64,000 nucleotides of DNA from a virus (Duplodnaviria; Caudoviricetes), in IMG/VR virus record IMGVR_UViG_3300042554_001750; one strand, 5' to 3'. A program made the position numbers and the translations under genes. The notes below the pieces were generated by a model, which had not been told where the DNA came from, did no database searches, and was given only the letters and a program-made list of their open reading frames with translations. Below, piece by piece: positions 36,378 through 45,900 of the stretch; position 1 is the first letter of the stretch; every line of letters begins with the position of its first letter.

Positions 36378-36550
36378 GTGGCAAAGGTAGTAGTCCAAGA
36401 CCTTTTAGTGTGTCTCAAGAAGAATACGCAAATCGCTGGGACGCTATCTTTGGACGAGATTTAACTGATGATCTTAAAGTTAAGGAAGATGAACAAGCAT
36501 TGGACGAAGCTTTTGATCAAATAGAAACAGAGCAAGAAATTCGTAAATGA
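36374..36550 (+). CDS. Small acidic protein (58 aa)
   Basis: ATGA overlap; MSGKGSSPRPFSVSQEEYANRWDAIFG. Confidence 0.65.
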   Translation: MSGKGSSPRPFSVSQEEYANRWDAIFGRDLTDDLKVKEDEQALDEAFDQIETEQEIRK

Positions 36551-36556
36551 AATATT

Positions 36557-36632
36557 GGATCGTTAGCTCAGTTGGTAGAGCGGCGCCCTTACAAGGCGTA
36601 GGTCGGCGGTTCGAACCCGTCACGATCCACCA
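36557..36632 (+). tRNA. tRNA-Val(TAC)
   Basis: GCGCC-CTTACAA-GGCGT; CCA. Confidence 0.94.
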
Positions 36633-36647
36633 ATAATAAATAATGTT

Positions 36648-36797
36648 ATGAAATTGTTTGAGGCAACAATAAGAGTTAATGGTAAAGAGTTTAAAGATAG
36701 AGTCGGCGCAAACAACGCTGAAGAAGCTAAACTCTTACTGCAACAACGACATGGTCCAAGAGCCGTTCCTTATTTGCCAAAAATGATTCCAAGTTAA
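36648..36797 (+). CDS. Small hypothetical protein (49 aa)
   Basis: ATG 5 nt after TAAATA; MKLFEATIRVNGKEFKDRVG. Confidence 0.55.
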   Translation: MKLFEATIRVNGKEFKDRVGANNAEEAKLLLQQRHGPRAVPYLPKMIPS

Positions 36798-36798
36798 T

Positions 36799-36872
36799 GC
36801 GGGTATGATGTAAAGGTAACCTGAATCCTTGCCAAGGATTATTTGCGAGTTCGATTCTCGCTACCCGCTCCA
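36799..36872 (+). tRNA. tRNA-Gly(GCC)
   Basis: AATCC-TTGCCAA-GGATT; U73; CCA. Confidence 0.93.
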
Positions 36873-36874
36873 AA

Positions 36875-37456
36875 TTATTTTATCCCAATTACCATAAATC
36901 TTTTATACTCAAAGTGTGAGTAAACAATGGGTAACTCATCCTTAAACAAGATTTGTTCTAATGGGTATTTGTCTATAATAGAATCAATAGTGGGTGTATA
37001 GTCTTTTATATACCATGGATGATCTGTGATATCAATGTCGGTAGCTTGTAAACACACAATGCTACCTTTTTTTATGTTTGGAAACCAATCTCTGTTTTCA
37101 AGGTGTTCAATTGAACAGTTGATGTAAATCAAATCACCCTCATGATTGGTATAATCAATATGATTGATATCAACTAAATGATTTTGTATTTTAGGTTCTT
37201 CATAGTTCCAAGCATCAGTAATTTGATTCGCAATAGTTATAGATGAAGTATCAATGTCGTAAGAATGAATTTCTTGATACTGATGACCTTTACGGACACT
37301 AAGCATAAAGCCCAAAATATTAGTCCAGCCGGCTAGAATATGCACATTGTACTTTACATCATTTTGTATAATATTTTCTAATTCATTGCATAGCCAAAGT
37401 TTGCTTTTAATCAAACCATGCTTGAACGATTCAAAAGTTTCAAACTCTTTTCCCAT
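36875..37456 (-). CDS. SAM-dependent methyltransferase-like protein
   Basis: VHILAGW, IHSYDID, IYINCSIEHL resemble class I MTase motifs. Confidence 0.5.
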   Translation of the reverse strand: MGKEFETFESFKHGLIKSKLWLCNELENIIQNDVKYNVHILAGWTNILGFMLSVRKGHQYQEIHSYDIDTSSITIANQITDAWNYEEPKIQNHLVDINHIDYTNHEGDLIYINCSIEHLENRDWFPNIKKGSIVCLQATDIDITDHPWYIKDYTPTIDSIIDKYPLEQILFKDELPIVYSHFEYKRFMVIGIK

Positions 37457-37525
37457 AATCTTACTTAGTCATAATTTTGTAACAATTTTTTTATATACTC
37501 TGTATAAATAATCGTAGAGGATATC

Positions 37526-37966
37526 ATGCTTCAATTCATCAAAGACCTAACTGACAAACTACTAGAATTCATTAAAGATGATCCCGTTAGACCCGAAATT
37601 TCAAAAGATTTTCGTGTCAGTGACGGACGAATGGTTGCGGCATTAGTTGATGAAGAACGGAACCCCGAAGCTATGGTATGCGTTAGCTTTCATGACTTTG
37701 TTCCTGAAACTGTAGAAGGATTGAACAAGACTACTCAAGTGCCCACAACTGCGGTATTCTATACAATTTGGAGTTATAAGTCAGGCGCCGGTGCTGAATT
37801 GTTGGCTGCGGCTGTACATGGCATCAAAGAACAATACCCCAGTGTAACAAGGTTTGTTACTTTAAGCCCAAAAACAAACATGGCTAGACGATTTCATTTA
37901 AAGAATGGTGCTATTGTTTTTCGTGAGAACGATGACACAGTAAATTATGAGTACATTACCAGATAA
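37526..37966 (+). CDS. GNAT-fold protein resembling the malonyl-CoA decarboxylase catalytic domain
   Basis: TAVFYTIWSY..GAG..LL....I...YPSVTRFVTLSP. Confidence 0.5.
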   Translation: MLQFIKDLTDKLLEFIKDDPVRPEISKDFRVSDGRMVAALVDEERNPEAMVCVSFHDFVPETVEGLNKTTQVPTTAVFYTIWSYKSGAGAELLAAAVHGIKEQYPSVTRFVTLSPKTNMARRFHLKNGAIVFRENDDTVNYEYITR

Positions 37967-38396
37967 TGGTAAGATACAATTTATTTACAACACGGATACT
38001 TTTGATGGTGTCCGTGAAACTGTAATTACTAATCTTACAATCAAGGCTAGGAAATTTTTAGAACTTCCACCTAGCTTGGAAGTTGAATTTAAAAAATTAC
38101 CTATGCATATGCATGCTGAAACATTATTGAATCCTAGATTCAATAACAGAATAAGACTGCAGGATATGCTAAACAGCAAAGAAGTTATTGTTCCCTACTT
38201 GCATGAACTTATACACATAAATCAAGTTTACAAAAAAATACTGATTCCTAGAAATAACTCCTATGTGTCATGGAAAAATAGGTTGTATGTTATACAAGCA
38301 AACCAATCTGATCCTGACGAGTGGGCCAAACTTCCATGGGAAATAGACGTTGCCAATCGGCTGCCTACTTTAGTTCAAAATATCCTATCGGCTTGA
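37947..38396 (+). CDS. HExxH metallopeptidase-like protein
   Basis: LHELIHINQ ... LPWEIDV. Confidence 0.6.
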   Translation: MSTLPDNGKIQFIYNTDTFDGVRETVITNLTIKARKFLELPPSLEVEFKKLPMHMHAETLLNPRFNNRIRLQDMLNSKEVIVPYLHELIHINQVYKKILIPRNNSYVSWKNRLYVIQANQSDPDEWAKLPWEIDVANRLPTLVQNILSA

Positions 38397-38452
38397 CAAT
38401 AATTATTTGTTAGTAAGCACTCACTTACCAATATTGTAAGGAATCTGTAAGG

Positions 38453-38481
38453 TTGACAATAAATCAAATTGGGTATACAAT
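38453..38481 (+). promoter_or_regulatory. Early sigma70-type promoter
   Basis: TTGACA-ATAAAT..-17-TACAAT. Confidence 0.8.
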
Positions 38482-38488
38482 ATGAATT

Positions 38489-38824
38489 ATGTTGAAAGTT
38501 ACCCGTAAGCGCAGATCCGATCGTAATCAGGTCATCTACTTCATTGAGGATGTAGTGACCCGTGAGGTCTATATCGGTCTGACCGCACTCTCATTCAAAG
38601 GCAATGTGTTTCGTACCCTTCGCCGTCGTATGCAAAAGCATATGCAACGGGCCCTTGCTGAAAACAAGGATTGGGGTCTGAGCCGTGCATTGCGTGAGCG
38701 TGGTGCCGAGCGTTTTGTGTTCGGTGTTGTAGAGGTTGTGCGTGGTAAGAAAGCCGCTCATGCACGTGAGACCGAACTTATTAACACTATGCAACCCGCC
38801 CTTAACACTTTTGGAATCAAGTAA
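38489..38824 (+). CDS. GIY-YIG-like nuclease domain protein
   Basis: VIYFIE...VYIGLT, R..KH, AHARETELI. Confidence 0.7.
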   Translation: MLKVTRKRRSDRNQVIYFIEDVVTREVYIGLTALSFKGNVFRTLRRRMQKHMQRALAENKDWGLSRALRERGAERFVFGVVEVVRGKKAAHARETELINTMQPALNTFGIK

Positions 38825-38841
38825 ATAGCCTTCTTAGCCTT

Positions 38842-38867
38842 ATAGGGACTTCGGTCCCTATTTTTTT
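38842..38867 (+). terminator. Intrinsic terminator
   Basis: ATAGGGAC-TTCG-GTCCCTAT followed by a T-tract. Confidence 0.9.
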
Positions 38868-39013
38868 GGCTACCCAACCTACCTATAAATAATGTAGGAG
38901 CAGTAGCATGATTCGGGCAAAAACACTATTGCGGGTTTTTAAGTACCTTGCTATAATAATAAGTGTCATAGGATTTTTTATTCTGTGGACAAGTGTACCT
39001 GAAGATAATCTAA

Positions 39014-39547
39014 ATGAAACAGAGGTTAATCATGCATCTGAGCAAAGTAAATGAAGCACTAGACCATCGTATTACTGGTGGTAGCGAATATCAATGGGAC
39101 TGTTACGGTCTTGATGTGAGGTTTCTTGACTACGAAAGTGATTACGCACATGCCAGTGTAGTTTTTGATACTACCACACAGACTGTATACGAGGCTACGG
39201 TAAATAGCAAGGACGAGTCAGTTAGGCCATATCGTTGGTTGAATCCTAATACCAAACAAGAATATTTGGATGAATGTAAGGATAGAAACATTGACCCTAA
39301 TGAAGCATGGGACGATGTAAAGTGGGTAGACCTTGAAACTATGGAAGACTTCCTTGACAAGGCTAGTGCTATCTTTAATGGTGAATCATTTGATGAGCGT
39401 GTTCAAGTCCCTCTTGATTTGAGTCGTGATGAGTTGTTCCAACTTATGCAAATGGCGCATGAGCGTGATATGACATTGAATGAATTGGTTGAGGACATTC
39501 TTTGGGATGTAATAAATCGTGAGAAAAAGGTCGGGGTTTTTGAATAA
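39014..39547 (+). CDS. Hypothetical protein (possible C-terminal ribbon-helix-helix)
   Basis: ITGGSEYQW.CYG; AHERDMTLNELVE. Confidence 0.7.
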   Translation: MKQRLIMHLSKVNEALDHRITGGSEYQWDCYGLDVRFLDYESDYAHASVVFDTTTQTVYEATVNSKDESVRPYRWLNPNTKQEYLDECKDRNIDPNEAWDDVKWVDLETMEDFLDKASAIFNGESFDERVQVPLDLSRDELFQLMQMAHERDMTLNELVEDILWDVINREKKVGVFE

Positions 39548-39603
39548 ATAATTTGTCAACTATATAATGCTCAAATGCGTTATATAGTATATAGGAGCAA
39601 GTT

Positions 39604-40005
39604 ATGAAGAAAATCATTCTAGCATCATTGGTATTGATAACACTTACCGGCTGTGCTACCAATCGTCAAAATGGTGAATTACTAGGGGCGATGACCGGTG
39701 CCGCAGTAGGAAAAACATTTGGCGGTACAGGGGGTGCAGTTATTGGAGCTGCTGTGGGAGCCGCGGCCGGAGGGCAAGTTGGTCAGTCTATTGACAATCA
39801 AACACCAATGGCTCCGCCCATTGTAACACATGTTGATCCTAAAGACATACCATATGTAGCACCTCCTTCAGTAGTATATGTTCAACCATATTGGCCAGCA
39901 CCATATGTAGGAATGCGTTGGATCTATGTTCCTAGATATGGATGGGGTTGGCATCATCATAGACATGGTTTTTACTATCGCCATCCACATCGCCACTGGC
40001 GTTAA
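39604..40005 (+). CDS. Glycine-zipper lipoprotein
   Basis: Lipobox LTGC; GAMTGAAVG..GAVIGAAVGAAAGG; His-rich C-terminus. Confidence 0.8.
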   Translation: MKKIILASLVLITLTGCATNRQNGELLGAMTGAAVGKTFGGTGGAVIGAAVGAAAGGQVGQSIDNQTPMAPPIVTHVDPKDIPYVAPPSVVYVQPYWPAPYVGMRWIYVPRYGWGWHHHRHGFYYRHPHRHWR

Positions 40006-40022
40006 TTTTTTAAAGGAAAAAA

Positions 40023-40328
40023 GTGAACGATATTATTGTACCGGCACCTACCGCTGAATGGACTGATAAAGATTGGAATAAATTCCGTGATTGGTTGAAG
40101 GGTATGTTGAAAGTAGGTGAAATGACAATCACCTTCACAAAGAAAGATGGAACCGAGCGTGTTATGAATTGCACCTTGAATCCTGACCAGTTGCCTCCTG
40201 CACCAGTTACTGAAAATAAAAAAGAACGCAAGGTCAATGATGATGTTTTGGCAGTGTATGATATTGAGGCAAAAGGATGGCGTAGTTTTACACTTAAGAC
40301 CGTTATCCGTGTTCAACTAACCATTTGA
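40023..40328 (+). CDS. WYL-like/SH3-fold protein
   Basis: TITFTKKDGTER.MNCTL; VYDIE.KGWRSF. Confidence 0.72.
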   Translation: MNDIIVPAPTAEWTDKDWNKFRDWLKGMLKVGEMTITFTKKDGTERVMNCTLNPDQLPPAPVTENKKERKVNDDVLAVYDIEAKGWRSFTLKTVIRVQLTI

Positions 40329-40353
40329 CAATAAATGCCATATCTGCTAGAAT
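40325..40353 (+). promoter_or_regulatory. Early promoter
   Basis: TTGACA-ATAAAT..-17-TAGAAT. Confidence 0.8.
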
Positions 40354-40379
40354 ATGGGTTATGTCGTTAGAGATTCATT

Positions 40380-40550
40380 ATGAACAAGCAACACCTTTCT
40401 TTTAAGATTCCACGAATCAAGCCTCGTTCACACAAGGCGCTTTTTGACAATGATCTTCCTTTCCAACCCAAGATTGAGAAGGCCAAAAAGTCTCAGTACA
40501 ATCGGCGTCCCAAGCATAGAAACACCCCAGATTGGGATTCCGAATATTGA
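40380..40550 (+). CDS. ArfA-like small basic protein (56 aa), not in ORF track
   Basis: KALFDNDLPFQPKIEKAKKSQYNRRPKHRNTPDW aligns by eye with the ArfA core. Confidence 0.6.
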   Translation: MNKQHLSFKIPRIKPRSHKALFDNDLPFQPKIEKAKKSQYNRRPKHRNTPDWDSEY

Positions 40551-40575
40551 CAATAAATGGATATCCTGTTACACT
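40547..40575 (+). promoter_or_regulatory. Early promoter
   Basis: TTGACA-ATAAAT..-17-TACACT. Confidence 0.8.
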
Positions 40576-40581
40576 TAAAAC

Positions 40582-40992
40582 ATGGAAATCAAAGTAGAAG
40601 GTAGTCGCAGGAACCGTAAATTCGTAGAGGCATTATTGCCTTCTATGATTACTCAACTGAACCTGGACAACTGCCGTAAAGGTCTGCTCATTCGCATTTA
40701 TGATGAATGTGAGGACAATCAAGGGATAACACTAGACCTGACCAATCTTACTGGTTGCTATCTTGTTGTTATCAAGCCCGACCGTAACTTGAAAGAAATG
40801 GGACTTACCCTTGCCCATGAATTAGTACATGTAAAGCAAATGGCTAAAGGTACACTAAAGACCACAAAAAATGGAAACCATCTTTGGGCCGGCAAAAAGT
40901 ATAGTAAGAAAATGGCATACTTAAATATGCCTTGGGAAGTTGAAGCCTTCAGTCGCCAAGAACTCATCCTCCGTCGTGCATTTGAGGAATAA
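40582..40992 (+). CDS. HExxH metallopeptidase-like protein
   Basis: LAHELVHVKQ ... YLNMPWEVEAF. Confidence 0.7.
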   Translation: MEIKVEGSRRNRKFVEALLPSMITQLNLDNCRKGLLIRIYDECEDNQGITLDLTNLTGCYLVVIKPDRNLKEMGLTLAHELVHVKQMAKGTLKTTKNGNHLWAGKKYSKKMAYLNMPWEVEAFSRQELILRRAFEE

Positions 40993-40995
40993 AAA

Positions 40996-41063
40996 GGTTG
41001 ACAATAAATCAATTTGGGCATATAATAGTCTCATAGACAGTTGATTAACGGAGCAACAAATGG
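40996..41063 (+). repeat. 68-bp promoter-leader-RBS direct repeat, copy 1
   Basis: 57/68 identical to 41345-41412; contains TTGACA-17-TATAAT and ACGGAGCAA. Confidence 0.85.
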
Positions 41064-41344
41064 AACGATTGACGGAAATTCAGCAAATCAATTCTAGCAT
41101 CATGTTCGGTTCGTTTAGTAACGACCAACTGGACTCCATTATCATGGCAGTAAAGTTCGCTAGGAATCAGATTGCCAAACAAACCAAATATACCCTTGTC
41201 AAAGGTGCTAAGGTCAAGTTCACTTCTAGCCGTACAGGGCAGACCGTCGTCGGCGAAGTGACCGAGGTCAAGCGTAAGTTCGCACATGTCCGTAGCGGCA
41301 TGACCAACTGGCGTGTTCCCATGAATATGTTGTCGGCCGCATAA
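41060..41344 (+). CDS. Hypothetical protein (SH3-like C-terminus)
   Basis: GGAG SD; own promoter. Confidence 0.75.
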   Translation: MERLTEIQQINSSIMFGSFSNDQLDSIIMAVKFARNQIAKQTKYTLVKGAKVKFTSSRTGQTVVGEVTEVKRKFAHVRSGMTNWRVPMNMLSAA

Positions 41345-41412
41345 GGTTGACAATAAATCGGTTTGGGTATATAATACATACATAGACAGTTAGATAACGG
41401 AGCAATAAATGG
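41345..41412 (+). repeat. 68-bp promoter-leader-RBS direct repeat, copy 2
   Basis: See copy 1. Confidence 0.85.
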
Positions 41413-41840
41413 CTTACATGAATCCGGAACGCAAAGCAAAGATCGCAACTGCTATCAAGCCGATCCTTAGTAAGTACGGTGTCAAGGGTTCCTTGAGTGT
41501 TAGGAATCATTCTAGTATCGTGTTGACCCTCAAGTCCGGTAAGATTGATTTCATTGAGAATTTTATCAAGACCGACACCGATAGTATTGTTGGTCGGAAA
41601 ATGGATCAAAGTCAGATTGATTACATCCGCAAGAATCAGAGTTTGGATGTAAATCCCTACTGGTTTCAGGAGCATTTCAGTGGTGATGCTAAGGCTTTCT
41701 TGGCCGAGGCTTTCAAGGCACTGAAGTCGGCTGACTGGTATGATGAGTCCGATCCAATGACGGATTATTTCAACATCGCCTACTATGTTGATGTTAATGT
41801 TGGTAAATGGGATCGTCCTTACGAGGTGACCAATGCTTGA
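41409..41840 (+). CDS. Hypothetical protein
   Basis: GGAG SD; WYDESDPMTDYFNIAYY. Confidence 0.78.
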   Translation: MAYMNPERKAKIATAIKPILSKYGVKGSLSVRNHSSIVLTLKSGKIDFIENFIKTDTDSIVGRKMDQSQIDYIRKNQSLDVNPYWFQEHFSGDAKAFLAEAFKALKSADWYDESDPMTDYFNIAYYVDVNVGKWDRPYEVTNA

Positions 41841-41948
41841 CAAAATTAAAGAATGGCTGTATACTTATTTTTGGTGGCTAGAGCCTGCTGTATGGTTGGC
41901 TATAGTTTTGTGTAGTGTGTATTTTCTAGCATGGAATGCGAGGTTAAT

Positions 41949-42107
41949 ATGAATCAATATTGGGTACTTGTGAAGTTTAAAGATGAGCCTGGATCAGCTT
42001 TTCAACGGATGTATATTTTTGCTGGTGATCCTTATCAGGCAATTCAAATGGCCAAGGCACAGTACGGTCGTTTGCTGATTTCAGAATCAGCAACCCCGGT
42101 TTATTGA
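41949..42107 (+). CDS. Small hypothetical protein (52 aa)
   Basis: GAGG SD; MNQYWVLVKFKDEPG; promoter TTGACA-17-TATACT at 41837-41865. Confidence 0.6.
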   Translation: MNQYWVLVKFKDEPGSAFQRMYIFAGDPYQAIQMAKAQYGRLLISESATPVY

Positions 42108-42206
42108 ATTCGGGCAAATTAATGGTTGACATTTACTACGCCCGGTACTATAATAGTAAATGTCGCAATGACTTTTTTATCAACTCTAGACAACAAAGGA
42201 AACACA

Positions 42207-42605
42207 ATGTCTAATCAAACTTTCAAAGTCGCTGGTATTACTGTTCACAATGGCAACGCTAAGGTCCGTTTTACGGATGACATGGTCCGTCGCATTAAGC
42301 AATTTACGAAAGGTGGCGCAACCCGTGCTGACTTCGTAGAGTTGCCGAGTGAGATGACCAAGGTTGAAGCACTTACTTATATGCTTACTCTTCCCGAGTT
42401 CGCAAGTGCAGGAGATCAGGCAACCATCAATGATGCACTGGCTGACCGTGCTAAGGATGCAAGCAAGGGTACGGTCAAGGTCAAAGTGTCCAAGGCAAAG
42501 GCTAAGCCTAGCATTGACAGCATCAAGGCACGTGCCAAGAAGTCTGCTACTGTTGAGACTCCCGCCGAGACTCCTGTTGAAGCCCTTCCCGAAGCTCCTT
42601 TCTAA
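42207..42605 (+). CDS. Hypothetical protein with K/A-rich tail
   Basis: AAGGA SD before ATG 42207; promoter TTGACA-17-TATAAT at 42126-42154. Confidence 0.75.
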   Translation: MSNQTFKVAGITVHNGNAKVRFTDDMVRRIKQFTKGGATRADFVELPSEMTKVEALTYMLTLPEFASAGDQATINDALADRAKDASKGTVKVKVSKAKAKPSIDSIKARAKKSATVETPAETPVEALPEAPF

Positions 42606-42640
42606 TAGGCAGGTGATAGGCAACTATCACCTTTATCCTT

Positions 42641-42874
42641 ATGCGATACTCTGTACTAAACAATTTTCATCAACGCCGCAGATTTGATCCTACGAATACT
42701 GAGGATCTTGCTGAACTGAAATTCTTTTTAGAACACAATCATTGGCGTAATGCTTGTCCGTTCTATGCTGAGTATCCTTGGGAAGATATTCCGGCAATGT
42801 GTTATTACAAATACACTGAACGCATGTTGTCACATTTAAAAGTGACTACACAAAAACAAAAAAGCCCCGAGTAA
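42641..42874 (+). CDS. Hypothetical protein
   Basis: 77-aa ORF ending in the terminator loop. Confidence 0.65.
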   Translation: MRYSVLNNFHQRRRFDPTNTEDLAELKFFLEHNHWRNACPFYAEYPWEDIPAMCYYKYTERMLSHLKVTTQKQKSPE

Positions 42875-42885
42875 GGGGCTTTTTT
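42858..42885. terminator. Bidirectional terminator
   Basis: AAAAAAGCCCC-GAGTAA-GGGGCTTTTTT between convergent genes. Confidence 0.9.
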
Positions 42886-42902
42886 ATGGCTACCTAATTC
42901 AA

Positions 42903-45900
42903 TTAAGCGTTAGGTGCTTTTATAACCATAAATCTTATTGTTACTGCTTCATTGGCTGTACTAAATGTATCTATATTTTTTAAGTATAAATAAAATCCAT
43001 TACCCACAAGGCTTGTAGGCAATGGAGTAACTAAATAACACCCATTGTGATAACTTACTACTTGAGCATATACAATATCAGTTGCAGGATCTACTTGATT
43101 GTTATTGACCACAATAGCATCTACTTGATTTGGAACCATAACAGCACTTGTGGTGATGATAGTACCAGCTAAACTATTGATAGTTACACCTTGACTTCTG
43201 TTAGTAGTTTGAGTAACAGTAGAACCTGATGCATAACCAATTTTACCAGTTGAAGTTAATGTACCAGTTACATTAGCACCAGTACCAGTAACTGTCATAG
43301 TTGTGTTACCAACTGCGGAAATAGTTACATTACCGTTTGCTGTTGCGATAGAAACATTACTATTACCGTTAGCGATGATAGATGATGATGGAATAGCAGC
43401 GAATGCACCGTTGCCTAACAGGACCTGACTTGTGTTTCCATTCAAGTTGATAGTGGCGATATTACCAAATGCTGCCGAACCATTAGCAAATTTAATTGCC
43501 ACTGCATTACCCGGTAGTGTCAAGTTACCTGTGCTATCAAATGCCCAAGTGTTGATTGTACCAGTAGCATTGGTTTGAATAGTAGCGTTAGTAGCGTATG
43601 CTGATACGATACTAGTTGCAGCTCCTGCATTAGTCATTGACAACAATTGTGCTGGGTTGTTTGTACCATTATCAACTGCCGCAATACCGATAGAAGCATT
43701 TGCTACTGTTTTAATGAATCCACCTGATGAACCTGGAATAATCAAGTTACCAGTGCTATCAAATGTCCAAGTGTTTGAGTTGGCGTTGATAGTTACATTT
43801 GAGTTACCATTTGTGAATTGTAGTGCGCTTACGCTGCTAAATCCTCTGATGACTGGAGCAGGGCTTGCGCTTATTGCAACTAAGTCACCGGGTAATGTTA
43901 AGTTACCATCTACGCCAAAGGCCCATGTATTAGTATTGGCTGTGATATTAACACTAGTATTAGCAGTTTCACTTATTTGGCTACCTTGAGGCAATGTTAA
44001 TACACCGTCATTACCAAATGTCCAACTGTATTCAGTATTGCCGCCCGAGTTAGCCCAAATCTGAAGATTTGCTGTTGAACTAATTTCACCATCATCAGGA
44101 TAAATCTTAATTGCGTCACCAGTGAAACCAGTGAATATAGTATTAAGAGCCGAAATACCAAGATTAGCAGGACCTGCTAAACTAGCGTCAGTTGAAGTGA
44201 TTGTAGGATTTGCACCACCGATAATATTTAAGATAGGATCAGTAGTATTAGGACCAGTATCACGCGGGAATACTAGAGTACCAGCAGTGTCAAATGTCCA
44301 AGTGTTGTTATTACTGTGAATGTATAAGTTAGGAACATTACCGTTATAATAACCTACTTCAAAACTTGATGCTTCACCACCTAAGAAGATATTAGCATCT
44401 GGTTCGTCAATATTTGCACCTGGTGCTCGTAAGTGAATATGACTTGGACCAGTTGGGTCAAGTACTAGTGACTGTGAACTAAGGAGAGCATCAGGTGTAA
44501 AGACCATTGTGCTGACATTTGGATATAATGGCTCCGATGAACTGTTAGCGATACTTTGAATCACACTGTTGCCACCTGCTAATATTAAATTACCAGTTGT
44601 GTCAAGTGTCCAGGTATATGATGTGTTACCATCATACGAACTCATAATGATATTGCCAGTGCTGCTTACTTGAACAAACTTATCATCATTACCTACAATC
44701 AAATCATATGCTTCACTATTACCCGTATCAAAGTGAATATGACTTGCTACATCGCCCGCACGAACTTGCAAATATGCTAAGTTAGCAGTATAGTCTGGGC
44801 CGGCACTCAAGTTCAATTCATTGTCGCCCTGAACTGTTACGTCATCAAATGTCACATTGCCGAGTTGAGCAGCGCCAAGTGGTACTTGAGTACCGTTAGC
44901 ATAGTTAACTGCGAAAGTATTGTCTGGTAAGGTTAGGTTGCCAGTACCGTCAAATGTCCAAGTGCCACCGTTACCATTAGCACTGCTAGGTATGTTTATT
45001 TGCACTCGGCCCGCTAATGCGTTTGCACCAGCAAGACCGGTATTTAGAATGATTTCGCCACCACTATCACCATTGCCAGTACTATCACCGGCATTTATGG
45101 TTACATCACCGCCGCTAGCACCTAGGGCAATATTGCCACCGTTACCACCAGCATCGCCTGCACTAAATGTAAGAGAACCGCCACTTAACGCCTCGTAATT
45201 AGCAGAGGCTGCACCACCATCACCGGCTTCAATCCGAATAAATCCACCCGAACCACCAAAGTCAATATTAGATGCTCCGCCATTACCGGCTTCAATGATA
45301 ACATCACCTCCTGATGTGTCACTATCTTCAGCAGAATCACCGGCAAAGATATTAATGTCACCACCTTCTGAGGTAGATCCTGTAGCACGATCACGGGCTT
45401 GTAGTGTGATATCGTCGGCTGAATATAGATTAATATCTGCACTATTACCAGAAGCACGGTTGTCAATTTCTATTGTGCTTGATCCAATAATGTTCCCACT
45501 TAAATTAACATTACCTGCACCTATATTGCCTGTATATGTTGGAAGATATGCTGCAACATTACTATTTCCATAGTCTCCGTTTCCGCCGCCACCTGTTGCA
45601 TTAATAGTGACAACACCGGTACCACTAGCACCAGTAGAAGTAATAGTTACACCAGTGCCTGCAAGAATTTGACTGACTCCGGAATCTATAGAGGTATACT
45701 GATTGATGACTTGATTGATAGGATTTACAGTAATACGACCAGCAGTTGTATAAACAGTTGTAATATCTCCGGTATCATTATTAACTGATGAGTTAATTGT
45801 GACTGAGTTGCTACTTGTTGTTGTAGTGGACTGTGGGAAAATAACATCTTCACCTGATACTACAGGTGCTACGGCTCGGATTCCACTTGAAGTTACAGTG

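Noticed and set aside
38393-38425. Promoter at TTGACAATAATT
   Set aside because: No acceptable -10 hexamer at 16-18 nt; the adjacent GTAAG/CTTAC hairpin is too short to call
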